DNA of 34,784 bases from a virus (Duplodnaviria > Caudoviricetes), in IMG/VR virus record IMGVR_UViG_3300012667_000745, positions 1 through 34,784 of that record; one strand, given 5' to 3'. A model generated the notes under the pieces. It saw only the letters and a program-made list of their open reading frames with translations, did not search any database and was not told the DNA's origin. Shown piece by piece: positions 17,865-26,686 of the stretch. The position numbers and the translations under genes are program-made. Numbering within the stretch: position 1 is the first letter of the stretch; each line of letters begins with the position of its first letter.

Positions 17865-18797
17865 ATGCCCTCACTCACCCTCAACCATCTGACCTCCATG
17901 CTCGGCACGTATATCGAGCCGAACGGAGACTTCAAGGCCAGCCTGAATCAGGTCTTGGCCCGCATTTACAACATAGGCACTTACCGTGATCTGACTGTGC
18001 AATACAGTCTTCCGGTCGTCAACGGGTGTATTACGCTGCCCGATGACGCGGACGCCGTGCTGCGCACAATGGTTGATGGGCATCCTGCCCCAGTCCGTTC
18101 GATGTGGCACGACTTCAAAGCGATCGGTTTCGGGTTCGGCGCTGACCTCACATGGGGCCTGATTGATTCGGGCTTCTCACCAACCCTGCAATCCTTACCG
18201 GAAGCCGGAATCACCGAGCTTACAGTCGTGCCCTTCGGCCCTTACGCAAATACAAGAGATTTTGATAGTGCTGACGGCGAAGAGATTGTCGTGCGTGCGT
18301 CAAATTTGGATGGGGTTTTTGAAGCCGCCGCCGATAACACGCTGAAGATCACCTTCGCTACGCCTGTAACCAACATCCAGTCCATTCGCTTCGAGGGCTT
18401 GCTTATTTCCTACGCGCTCGTAACTGACGCAGAGGATCTCGGAACGGCCTACGCTGTTGTCGGTCCGGAAAGCGGCGTGACTCGTTATAGACGCTTCCGT
18501 TTGAATCGTTCTACCGATGGCGTCACTACGGTGCATGTCCTTTGCAAGCGAGCATTCCAACCGCTGTCCGGTGACAATGACATCGTCTATGTTGGCAATA
18601 TCGGCGCACTCAAACACGGCTTGCTTGCTCGTATCGCTGAAGACAGCGCGGACATCGAGCGTGCCGAATACCATTGGCAGCGTTGCACTTTGCTACTCGA
18701 AGAAGAAGCCAACAGCACACGCGGTGCTGCTTTGCCTAGACTGAACATCGACCCGTTCGGAACAGGCATGCAGAACAAACTCTACCAGAACTACTGA
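17865..18797 (+). CDS. Probable head-tail adaptor (tail tubular A-like) protein
   Basis: N-terminal helices, ITLPDD motif and C-terminal ALKHGLLA...AEYHW helices, as in podovirus adaptors. Confidence 0.55.
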   Translation: MPSLTLNHLTSMLGTYIEPNGDFKASLNQVLARIYNIGTYRDLTVQYSLPVVNGCITLPDDADAVLRTMVDGHPAPVRSMWHDFKAIGFGFGADLTWGLIDSGFSPTLQSLPEAGITELTVVPFGPYANTRDFDSADGEEIVVRASNLDGVFEAAADNTLKITFATPVTNIQSIRFEGLLISYALVTDAEDLGTAYAVVGPESGVTRYRRFRLNRSTDGVTTVHVLCKRAFQPLSGDNDIVYVGNIGALKHGLLARIAEDSADIERAEYHWQRCTLLLEEEANSTRGAALPRLNIDPFGTGMQNKLYQNY

Positions 18798-18798
18798 T

Positions 18799-19359
18799 TT
18801 GATTATTCTACAGACCACACCTGAACAACGCAGTGAAGCCCGTGCCAATTCATCCAAGATGGGTGTCTTACACAATTCCTTTTCCAAGGGCAAGGGTAAC
18901 GACCCCGGCAACATGGGAGAGATCGTTGTTCTGAAACACTTAGGCGGTTTGCGCGTTGGGGCTACAAAGTTCTCACACGATATCGAGCTGCCTTCAGGCA
19001 TTCGCGTTGACGTGAAAACGACGATCGCTGCCGCACCGCCTGAACCCCATTACTCGGCTCGGGTCTATGGATCGGTTGAGGACAAGGAAAAGCTGTGCAC
19101 GAAGTGCGACGTGTATTACTTCGCCCGTTGCAATACGCAGCTCACGCTCGTTACGATCGTCGGCTGGCTTCCTGCTCGGGAATTTATTGAGCGTGCGATC
19201 TTTTCCCCTAAGGGGCACGTCAATCCGGATGATGGTAAACTATCCTATTCGGATGAATACACGATGCTTATCTCGGATCTGATGCCGCCTGAAGTTAAGA
19301 TCACAAAAAAGAGGCTCGGCCTTACTGGTAAACGAACCAGAAAAACCAAGCCTGTTTGA
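18799..19359 (+). CDS. PD-(D/E)XK restriction-endonuclease-like protein
   Basis: MGE...HDIEL...RVDVKT catalytic pattern. TTG start uncertain. Confidence 0.65.
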   Translation: MIILQTTPEQRSEARANSSKMGVLHNSFSKGKGNDPGNMGEIVVLKHLGGLRVGATKFSHDIELPSGIRVDVKTTIAAAPPEPHYSARVYGSVEDKEKLCTKCDVYYFARCNTQLTLVTIVGWLPAREFIERAIFSPKGHVNPDDGKLSYSDEYTMLISDLMPPEVKITKKRLGLTGKRTRKTKPV

Positions 19360-19384
19360 CTTGAACTTACTTAAATAGTAAACT
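19356..19384 (+). promoter_or_regulatory. Sigma70-like promoter facing a non-coding gap
   Basis: TTGACT-17nt-TAAACT. Confidence 0.45.
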
Positions 19385-19620
19385 TTTAAGTTTACCCCAA
19401 AGAGTTCTATGTGGGGTAATTGGGTTTAACATAAAGCTGCTGCTGAGAGGGACATGGCGGCATCTATAATAGATTTCCCGCCCTACTAAACGCTGCCTTA
19501 TGCGTAACTTTCGGGTATCCCCTAAGCCTTCGGAAGCGTCTTGCTCTATTAGAAGTTCTAAATCTTCTAGTGACCCGAATACTATTGTGTGCTCTTTCAT
19601 TGGTCCCATATTATTTGGAG

Positions 19621-21786
19621 TTAAAAAATCTCGCCCTTGTCGATGTCGAAGTTCTCTCCGATGTCGATCTCCCAAATCTTACCTCCACCGTTACCTCTAC
19701 TGCGCACAGTGCGCACGTTCGGGTTGTGTCGGCTGACTTCCTCAAGGACGGTCATGCCCCTACGCACGAACTCCAGATTGTTTGAGTTCCCAACGCTACG
19801 GCCCCCGTTCACCTCGTGCAATACGACGGTGAACTCGGTGAGCGTGCCGCGCCATTTCGGAGTCTCGATCTGCGACCGAACCTTTTTGGCGAAGAACTCG
19901 ACCATTTCCGCGATCGCAGAACGGCTCGAATTATCGTAGGCAGCGGCTTCGATGAACGAGTCGATATACGTTTTGACGCCAAACCGATTTGAGTCGCTGA
20001 CTTCAACAGGAGCTTGCCAGTCCAACAACCAACGCAAGAAGAACGGGAGCTCAGCAGCAATGGTTCCTTCGACCCATTGGTTCGAGCCGAACTTCATCTT
20101 GTGTCCGCTATTGATACGCAGCGCGATGATCTTGTCTCGGTTACTGGAATCCAAAGTAGGCAATGCCGCCAATGAGTTGGCATCCAAGTTGAGTGACATC
20201 ATCACCCGACCCGCCCACGGCAGCGGAACAGCGTCCGCATACTTGGCATGATATTCGAGCCTAGGATTTGCCACGCACCGCTTCGTGAGCTCAACAAACT
20301 TGCGTTGGTCTGCGTAGGTGGCAGCCGCAACTTGGTCGTCAATGACCCAAGCGGCAGAACCGCAGAGGTCTTTGTTGAAGCTAGTCGTGCCGGACAAGTA
20401 GCCGCTGGCATCACTGAACCCGCCCACTGAGCCACCGACAATCTGGTTGGTGAGCAGAGTCTTGCCGTGCCCAGTTGGGCCCAGCAAAATGAGCAAGTGT
20501 CCTTGATCCATACGACTTTCAAGCACCGCCTTATAGAGCCTTTGATACCATGCGAGGAAGTAAGGCAGAGTGCTGTTGCCCTTGTCGTCGTTCGTGAAGA
20601 ACGGCATCAAGAACTGATGAATCCACGGCCAGTTCTTCGGGTCCCCATCTTCCGCAGGTTTCACCGCTGAGGTGTAGCAGTTGTTCAGGATGCGTCTGCC
20701 GTTGAACTTCACGACGCGCTCTTTCGAGAACACGACAGGGGCAACTTCGTCCACCCGACAATCATTCGAGATCGTGAGCAACGCTTGCTCCACTTCTGAA
20801 ATCGGCTGGTTCTTGTTCTGCTTCGTGGAGAAACCGCTCTTACGTAATTCGAGCACGAGTTGCTTTTCCGGCACAGTTACCGGTGAATTGTGAAGCATCT
20901 TGTAGAATGCCTTGCCGTTGAACCAGTAGTTGTCTAGCAAAGTTCCGAGCTTCTTTTGCTCGAACTTCTCCATGAACTTCTTACCTAAGATTTCACGCCA
21001 GCTCTTGAATCCCGTTCCTGCACGATCCGAGTAGCACACGATTCCGTCCTCCCGAATCTGGCATCCGTCACGGTCAATGCCGTCGTCGATCCAGAACAGC
21101 GGGCCACGGGCCCCCACGATGAACTCGCCAGTCCACCTATTCGGGAAACGGGCCATGACCTCTTGGGCCACTTCGTCGATCGGGATATTGGTGTCCTCCG
21201 TCTTAATCACTACGTCGTTTGCCGCCTTAAGCAATAGCGTCCTAACGAACAAAGAGGGCAACGGGTCACCCATTTTGGTCCAGTCCTCACCGATTGCGTA
21301 ATACTGTGTCGGTTTCAGGCTGCAACTGTCGAACTTCGCACTTAGGGTTGGCGCTCGTAAAGCATCGGACAGACGCTTGTAGAATGCCACGGCGAGTTCT
21401 GGCGCTACGAGAATAGGCTCCTCGAATTCCCACACCAGACGCATGCCCTCGGATTGGGTTTTAGAGCGCCACGTTGGTAGTGATCCACCGTCGCATCGGT
21501 CAGTGAGGATCTGGTCAATGCGGCCCCACTCAGGCGGGCAGTCGTAATCGGCTACCCATCCATAGAGTTTGTTGATCGGATTGTCCGTAGAGATCCGTTG
21601 GTTCTTGTTGTCGCCCTCGGCCATCGTGAAGAAGCAATGGTCTGTATTGGCAGATGCGCACCACGCCCGATAATTGGCCTTGCGATCAATAGCGAAGTTT
21701 GGCCTAGGATAGGGTTTAGCGAGAGGGTCAGTAAAGGTCCCGTTGATTCCCACTTGCGTGAGATTTGAAATGTAGAGGTAACTCAT
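19621..21786 (-). CDS. Primase-helicase (prim-pol-like N-terminus plus P-loop NTPase)
   Basis: ADYD and SKTQSEGMRLVW motifs, Walker A LLGPTGHGKT, Walker B WVIDD; coupled to polA. Confidence 0.75.
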   Translation of the reverse strand: MSYLYISNLTQVGINGTFTDPLAKPYPRPNFAIDRKANYRAWCASANTDHCFFTMAEGDNKNQRISTDNPINKLYGWVADYDCPPEWGRIDQILTDRCDGGSLPTWRSKTQSEGMRLVWEFEEPILVAPELAVAFYKRLSDALRAPTLSAKFDSCSLKPTQYYAIGEDWTKMGDPLPSLFVRTLLLKAANDVVIKTEDTNIPIDEVAQEVMARFPNRWTGEFIVGARGPLFWIDDGIDRDGCQIREDGIVCYSDRAGTGFKSWREILGKKFMEKFEQKKLGTLLDNYWFNGKAFYKMLHNSPVTVPEKQLVLELRKSGFSTKQNKNQPISEVEQALLTISNDCRVDEVAPVVFSKERVVKFNGRRILNNCYTSAVKPAEDGDPKNWPWIHQFLMPFFTNDDKGNSTLPYFLAWYQRLYKAVLESRMDQGHLLILLGPTGHGKTLLTNQIVGGSVGGFSDASGYLSGTTSFNKDLCGSAAWVIDDQVAAATYADQRKFVELTKRCVANPRLEYHAKYADAVPLPWAGRVMMSLNLDANSLAALPTLDSSNRDKIIALRINSGHKMKFGSNQWVEGTIAAELPFFLRWLLDWQAPVEVSDSNRFGVKTYIDSFIEAAAYDNSSRSAIAEMVEFFAKKVRSQIETPKWRGTLTEFTVVLHEVNGGRSVGNSNNLEFVRRGMTVLEEVSRHNPNVRTVRSRGNGGGKIWEIDIGENFDIDKGEIF

Positions 21787-24404
21787 TTTGCGTAGAGGTC
21801 GAGGATGTGTCCTTCAGCAGCAACGGGAATGTCTGGAATCCAATCCGGTGGCGTTGACATGATGTTCAAGATGTTGCTAAGGGCTTCATCGGCAATCGCT
21901 TCAGGCACTTCGCAAACAACTTCGTCATGGACGTGCAGGATAATCGGGTATCCAGCGGCGTCAATACGCAGCATCATGTCAGAGAAGATATCTCTAGCAA
22001 GCCCCTGACTAGCATTTTCAGCGAGTGTGCCCCCGTATAGCTTGATGTCACGCATTCCGCCCATGCGATACATCTTGCCGATGATGGCAAAGCGATCGCC
22101 TAGGGCTTTCATTTTGCGCAGCTTGCCGTAGCGTAAAATACGGGCCGATGGTAGCTCCAACTCGAACGGAACGCCCAAAGCGCAGGCGGTAACCAGTTCC
22201 TGATTCAGCTTAGCCCAGTAATTCACTACCGACTTCATCCGTAAGCGGTAAGTGCGCACAGCTTGCTCAGCTTCCTCAAGGCTCATGCCGCTGAATTCAG
22301 CGAACCGAGCGGCCCCGATTCCGTAGCCACAATTGTGGACCACCATAGGGCCCGCGTCCGTAAGTATCGTGAACCTATTCCGTGGTCCCGCGAAGCTGAC
22401 ATCGTAGACTACTGACCTCCTTTTCGAGTTCGGTAATTCTTGTCTGCATACCATAAACGGTCCTGCGGTTTTGCATATTGTCAGATCTGGAGACAAATCG
22501 TAGGTTTTCTGGCTGGTAACCTCGATCATTGTCGATCCTGTCGAGTTGTAGTTCAGCGTCATCCCACCCTTTGAGGGTAGTGAGATAGGCGAGGAACTCC
22601 TGCCTTCGCCCCCTCCACGGTGGGAATACGTGTATTCCACGCCCCCCATAATGCCTGTAAGCTGCGTCATTTGGGTTGTGGCATCGGTTGATGCAGGCCG
22701 AAATACGGTCAAGAAGTCGCTGTCTAGCGTCGTGGTCGGGGACGAAATTTTCGTATCCGCTGTTCCTCCGATTGGTTTCCGCTGATTTCTGTTTGGCGCA
22801 CGTGTTGCACCTAGTTGTCCTTCCCGTTTTGACGTTGTTTCTGTCCACAACACCAATCCATCCGCATTCACACCGCATTCGCGGATGCCATGCCCTATTT
22901 TTGTTAACCCATTCGAGCACGGTAAAGTTACCGACCTTACTGCCGACTCCGTAAGGGAAGGGTTTGTAGCCACCTCGCACCACTCCAGCCACCCATCTTC
23001 CGTTAGAATCTCGTGGTCCTCTGTTACACCCACCCCGTGTTGTCTGATTGTCTCCTGTTCCCCTTGACATATAATTCCATTATGGTTAACCCACTCAACC
23101 CCATCCCATACTCGGTCTTGGGTTTCTAGATATAGAATAGGTTTCCAACCGTATTCAGTCAAGACCAAAGTATCGGGCTCAAAGCATCCCAAAACCATTG
23201 CCTTGACCCGTTGCCTGAGTCCTTTGTCGTAGTCCTTGAGCTCGCCGTTGGCTGGATCGTGCAGGCCCAACAACACACCGAACGCATGGTAGATGTCCTT
23301 AGCGTTGCGGATCATGTCCAAGGCCCGCTTGTCCCCCGCCAGATAACTGAGCGTGCGAACCTCAATCTGGGAAAGGTCAGCTACAATGAGCTTGTTGCCT
23401 GCCTTAGGCTTAATCATGTGCCGGAAATTGACTCCGAACATTTCTTCCCGAGGCAGGTTCTGCAAGTTGAGGTTGCCGCCGCTGCCGCTGAAACGTGCAG
23501 TTGGGTTCGCCCCGCAATACATGAGTCCCCCATAATAGCGATCGTCAGGCATCGTGCCGTAATCGAACGCCTGTAGTTTCTTCTGGAACATGTTAATGCG
23601 GCGGTAGTCCTGCACCGATCGTGCCCACGGGCAATCTTGTTGGTGTGCAGCAAACCACTTGTCCGCATCCTCGTTGCCTGCGGCCAAAGACTTCGGCGGG
23701 TCAATGCCTTGCTTGCGGCATTGTGCGTTGAATGCCTTGCGGCTCAACGGGGTTGCGTCACCGATCCAAGGGATTGACCGTTCGGCGTCAAACAAGGTGT
23801 TGCCAATCTTAACGATGTTCTCACGTAATGCTTTAACGTCGATCGGCAAACCGCGCTGGCAGATCTTGCGGTTCATCCGGCTGATGTCTCGCTCAACTTG
23901 CGGCCATTGCTCGTGTAATGTTTTCCAGATACGCAAGCAAAGCTGAGAGTCAACGATCGCGTATTGGGTGACCTCCTTGCGGAACTCCTCGGACATCGAA
24001 GACCATTGCAAGCCTTTCATGTTATCCCGAGTTGTCTTATCGACTTTGATGTCGAATAGGGTAGCACTCGCGTTTTTGAGCGAGCGGGGCAGACCTAAGT
24101 AGGCGACCATATCAGCGGTGCAGTGCCATTCGGCGGGAGTGCAAGGCTTGAACCAGCCGCAGTTTACCCCGTGCAGGTAGAGCGACTCATCGAAGGAGGC
24201 GTTGTGGCTCAAGACAGTATGGCCGTTAAGCATGGACCAGTCGAATTCCCGAGGGCAGCCTGCGTATACATAACCATCATCCCCGACGACGGTTACCATA
24301 TAGGCTTCAAAAGAAGGGTGCGAGAAATACCCAGCAGGTCCTAGTGTGGTGATAGAGCATTCGGAGTCGTAGAAACTCTCGAAATCCAAGGCGTATGTAA
24401 TCAT
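21783..24404 (-). CDS. polA: Family A DNA polymerase precursor containing an intein (588 aa after splicing)
   Basis: Exonuclease motifs LDFES and HNASFD; TARFSG, NLQNLP, motif A DLSQIEVR, motif B RQRVKAMVLG|CGYG, motif C HVHDE. Confidence 0.95.
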   Translation of the reverse strand: MITYALDFESFYDSECSITTLGPAGYFSHPSFEAYMVTVVGDDGYVYAGCPREFDWSMLNGHTVLSHNASFDESLYLHGVNCGWFKPCTPAEWHCTADMVAYLGLPRSLKNASATLFDIKVDKTTRDNMKGLQWSSMSEEFRKEVTQYAIVDSQLCLRIWKTLHEQWPQVERDISRMNRKICQRGLPIDVKALRENIVKIGNTLFDAERSIPWIGDATPLSRKAFNAQCRKQGIDPPKSLAAGNEDADKWFAAHQQDCPWARSVQDYRRINMFQKKLQAFDYGTMPDDRYYGGLMYCGANPTARFSGSGGNLNLQNLPREEMFGVNFRHMIKPKAGNKLIVADLSQIEVRTLSYLAGDKRALDMIRNAKDIYHAFGVLLGLHDPANGELKDYDKGLRQRVKAMVLGCFEPDTLVLTEYGWKPILYLETQDRVWDGVEWVNHNGIICQGEQETIRQHGVGVTEDHEILTEDGWLEWCEVATNPSLTESAVRSVTLPCSNGLTKIGHGIRECGVNADGLVLWTETTSKREGQLGATRAPNRNQRKPIGGTADTKISSPTTTLDSDFLTVFRPASTDATTQMTQLTGIMGGVEYTYSHRGGGEGRSSSPISLPSKGGMTLNYNSTGSTMIEVTSQKTYDLSPDLTICKTAGPFMVCRQELPNSKRRSVVYDVSFAGPRNRFTILTDAGPMVVHNCGYGIGAARFAEFSGMSLEEAEQAVRTYRLRMKSVVNYWAKLNQELVTACALGVPFELELPSARILRYGKLRKMKALGDRFAIIGKMYRMGGMRDIKLYGGTLAENASQGLARDIFSDMMLRIDAAGYPIILHVHDEVVCEVPEAIADEALSNILNIMSTPPDWIPDIPVAAEGHILDLYAK
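22332..23186 (-). mobile_element. Intein (285 aa, precursor residues 407-691) in PolA motif B
   Basis: Block A CFEPDTLVLT, block B VTEDHEILT, block F VYDV...NRFTI, block G VVHN followed by Cys+1. Confidence 0.95.
22375..23070 (-). CDS. HNH homing endonuclease nested inside the intein in the -1 frame
   Basis: RCECG...RCNTC, RCHNPNDAAYRHYGGRGI and LDRIDNDRGYQPENLRFVSRSDNMQNRR motifs; own ATG and TAG. Confidence 0.9.
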   Translation of the reverse strand: MSRGTGDNQTTRGGCNRGPRDSNGRWVAGVVRGGYKPFPYGVGSKVGNFTVLEWVNKNRAWHPRMRCECGWIGVVDRNNVKTGRTTRCNTCAKQKSAETNRRNSGYENFVPDHDARQRLLDRISACINRCHNPNDAAYRHYGGRGIHVFPPWRGRRQEFLAYLTTLKGWDDAELQLDRIDNDRGYQPENLRFVSRSDNMQNRRTVYGMQTRITELEKEVSSLRCQLRGTTE

Positions 24405-24438
24405 TGTTTGTAAGTTTTCTGTTTAGGATTTAAGGCGT

Positions 24439-24479
24439 AAAAATACCCACGCCCGCTGCATAACACAGGCAGGCGTGGG
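24439..24479 (-). terminator. Rho-independent terminator-like hairpin
   Basis: CCCACGCC...GGCGTGGG followed by TATTTTT on the - strand. Confidence 0.55.
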
Positions 24480-24492
24480 CTTTGGGTTTGGT

Positions 24493-24723
24493 TTAGTTAA
24501 GTTCCGGAACGAAAGCGAACTCCAGTTGTTCGTTTGCTTCGGACTCCAGTCGCTTAACCTCATTGTCGAATGCCGCTGCCATTACAAGCAGGCGGCCCTT
24601 CTGAATGGAGGCGGTAGCGATTTGACCACTTAGCTCTTCGGCTGCACGACGCATCGCATCGGCTTCTGATCTAAGTGTGTGAATAGGATTCAATAGTCCC
24701 ACATCAATTACGTTAGTCTCCAT
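24493..24723 (-). CDS. Small coiled-coil protein
   Basis: 76-aa ORF in the replication operon. Confidence 0.6.
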   Translation of the reverse strand: METNVIDVGLLNPIHTLRSEADAMRRAAEELSGQIATASIQKGRLLVMAAAFDNEVKRLESEANEQLEFAFVPELN

Positions 24724-24728
24724 TTGGA

Positions 24729-25340
24729 TTATGCGTTAGGGCGTGATGCGAACTCTTGGGCTTCCTTAGGTGACTCCTCTTTCGTTACGGAAAGAGTTGG
24801 CACATACCAGCTATACTTACCCTTCGACATCAGCTCCGTGCCGAAAGTCCACAAACGAGTGAAGGCCGGAACGGTTGGGTTGAATGTTTGGAAGGTGAAT
24901 AGGCGCTTGAAGGTCAAGCGGTATGCGTCCTTCTGAACGGTAAGGCGACCCAATTGGTAGTTGTTATCCCCGATTGGGTATGGGAAGTTCGTGTCGTCAT
25001 CACCGATCTGTGGGATCAGCAAGATGATTTCGGCAAACTCCACAATTGGGTAGCTGCTTTCTTGGGCCAGAGCCCGTGCGTCCAACTCATTGCTGGCCAT
25101 CTTAGGGATCTGGTCGTCGTCGTAAGGGACATCTTCCTTCCAACGTTTAACAGCGCCTACGATGATTACAGGGGTTTTCTGCTCGGCTTCCAGTAGGACG
25201 AACTCTTTGTCCAATACGACGGAACCGACAGGCCCTTCGATCTGTGACATCTTCTGGATGACGTTCAAACGCGGGATTTCAATATCCTGTGAGAGTGCCA
25301 TGCCTTGATTCGCTACTACGCTTAGTGTTTCGGTGCTCAT
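24729..25340 (-). CDS. Putative ssDNA-binding or replication accessory protein
   Basis: DIEIPRLNVIQKMS N-terminal motif and KGKYSWYVP; lies between the exonuclease and polA. Confidence 0.5.
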   Translation of the reverse strand: MSTETLSVVANQGMALSQDIEIPRLNVIQKMSQIEGPVGSVVLDKEFVLLEAEQKTPVIIVGAVKRWKEDVPYDDDQIPKMASNELDARALAQESSYPIVEFAEIILLIPQIGDDDTNFPYPIGDNNYQLGRLTVQKDAYRLTFKRLFTFQTFNPTVPAFTRLWTFGTELMSKGKYSWYVPTLSVTKEESPKEAQEFASRPNA

Positions 25341-25588
25341 GATTATGATATAGGATTACAGATTCAGTGCTTTGTTTGCTGGTCCTGACTGGTCGGACTT
25401 AGGTGGTAAAAAGTAAAAAGGGGCGCAAGGTTCTTGGCGTTTAAGTCAGGCTGCATACAGCAACTGACCCCTGAAAGTGGTAGAAATTGACGGCCCGTTG
25501 ATTACCTTTGGATTTGGAATCCTCTGGTTCCGCCTATTAACCGACTACGGGCCAACGTCGGAATCACTTAGGTTAGGGAAAGTTGCGG

Positions 25589-25807
25589 TTACTCGGCGTG
25601 CGCGAATTGCGTTCCCGCACGTTCAAGCCGCTTCCCGAGGATTTGGACGTATTCACTCATCACCCGTTGCTGGGAGTAGAGCAGATCCTTGTCTTCGCGT
25701 GGCAGCTTCGGGAATGCCGGATCGGCCATGAACGTATTGAGTTTGTTCAGGCGTGTGGCGGTTTCTTGCGTCTCAATGAGGAGACGTGCTCTTTGTTCTT
25801 GGTCCAT
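25589..25807 (-). CDS. crAss001_48-like small helical protein
   Basis: RL..E..E...RLNKL..F......L...D..LL..Q..VM.EY..IL..RL pattern. Confidence 0.7.
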   Translation of the reverse strand: MDQEQRARLLIETQETATRLNKLNTFMADPAFPKLPREDKDLLYSQQRVMSEYVQILGKRLERAGTQFAHAE

Positions 25808-25898
25808 AATGTTGTTTTATGTGTGAGAAAGTGTCACCGCATGGGGTCTTTCACCCCTCCAGTTTAGACGACTGGCGCATTAACATGCGGTGCGGTAT

Positions 25899-25973
25899 TG
25901 GTTGCGCAGTCGGGATTTGAACCCGAAACCCTTGCTTATGAGACAAGTGAGATACCGTTTCTACCACCGCGCT
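25899..25973 (-). tRNA. tRNA-Met(CAT), initiator-like, with encoded CCA
   Basis: AGCGCGG TG GTAGAAACGGTATCTC A CTTGT-CTCATAA-GCAAG GGTT TCGGG-TTCAAAT-CCCGA CTGCGCA ACCA. Confidence 0.9.
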
Positions 25974-26015
25974 GAAGGGAAGTTGGCTTGTTCCGTTTAT
26001 TTTGCAAGAACTATT

Positions 26016-26597
26016 TTAGTCAAAAAACGCTTCGAACTTTTCGATCCTAATCTTTAGTTCTTCGTTTTCAGTGAACAGTTTATCAATGAGTGCATTTTTA
26101 GCACAATGGGCTTCTTCCCACTTTTCTATTTCGCTTTTGAGAACGCCCAGTTCTTTACACACGTTTTCGAGATCAGCTCGCTTACAGTGATTTTCTGTTT
26201 GTAGTTCCCCAACTAAACGCTGGAACGCGTCTCGTTCGTTGCCCAGCGCTAGAATTCGTTGGAGGGCTGAACTTACTGTGACCAGTAACCTGCCTTCAAG
26301 AGTAAGGTTCTTCGCCCGCGCATCGTCGATGATTTTGGATGCCTCGAAAATCGTTTTGGTTTTAGCGTTTGACTCGTCCCGTTCGTTTTGGAGCATAAGC
26401 TCGCGACGTAGCACCGCTATGCGATGCACGCACACAAGGTCTTCATGCATCATCTTCCAAGTATCACGGTCTTGGGTCGCCTGTTTTACGGTGCTTTCGG
26501 ATTCCAACCCTTTCAGGGCTAGCTTTAGAATATCTCTATGTGCGTCCCCTAGGATTGGGTTCTTTAGTTTCTCTAGGATGTCTTCTTTAGTAATCAT
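26016..26597 (-). CDS. Coiled-coil hypothetical protein
   Basis: 193 aa with an L/E/K-rich heptad pattern. Confidence 0.65.
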   Translation of the reverse strand: MITKEDILEKLKNPILGDAHRDILKLALKGLESESTVKQATQDRDTWKMMHEDLVCVHRIAVLRRELMLQNERDESNAKTKTIFEASKIIDDARAKNLTLEGRLLVTVSSALQRILALGNERDAFQRLVGELQTENHCKRADLENVCKELGVLKSEIEKWEEAHCAKNALIDKLFTENEELKIRIEKFEAFFD

Positions 26598-26686
26598 GGT
26601 ATGTGTTTATGGGAAAGTGGTCAGGAGGTTTTTACACCCAGCTAGCAGAGGCGATCAACCCTCCGCAGTCTGTTTTATCCCGAAAG

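Noticed and set aside
22375-23070. Sequencing frameshift explaining the out-of-frame HNH
   Set aside because: The polymerase-intein frame is uninterrupted end to end and the HNH has its own start and stop. Two compensating errors plus a long stop-free frame would be needed. Reads should still be checked.
25832-25898. HDV-like (theta) ribozyme after the tRNA
   Set aside because: The tRNA already encodes CCA, and the downstream fold is a simple three-way junction without the nested double-pseudoknot order.
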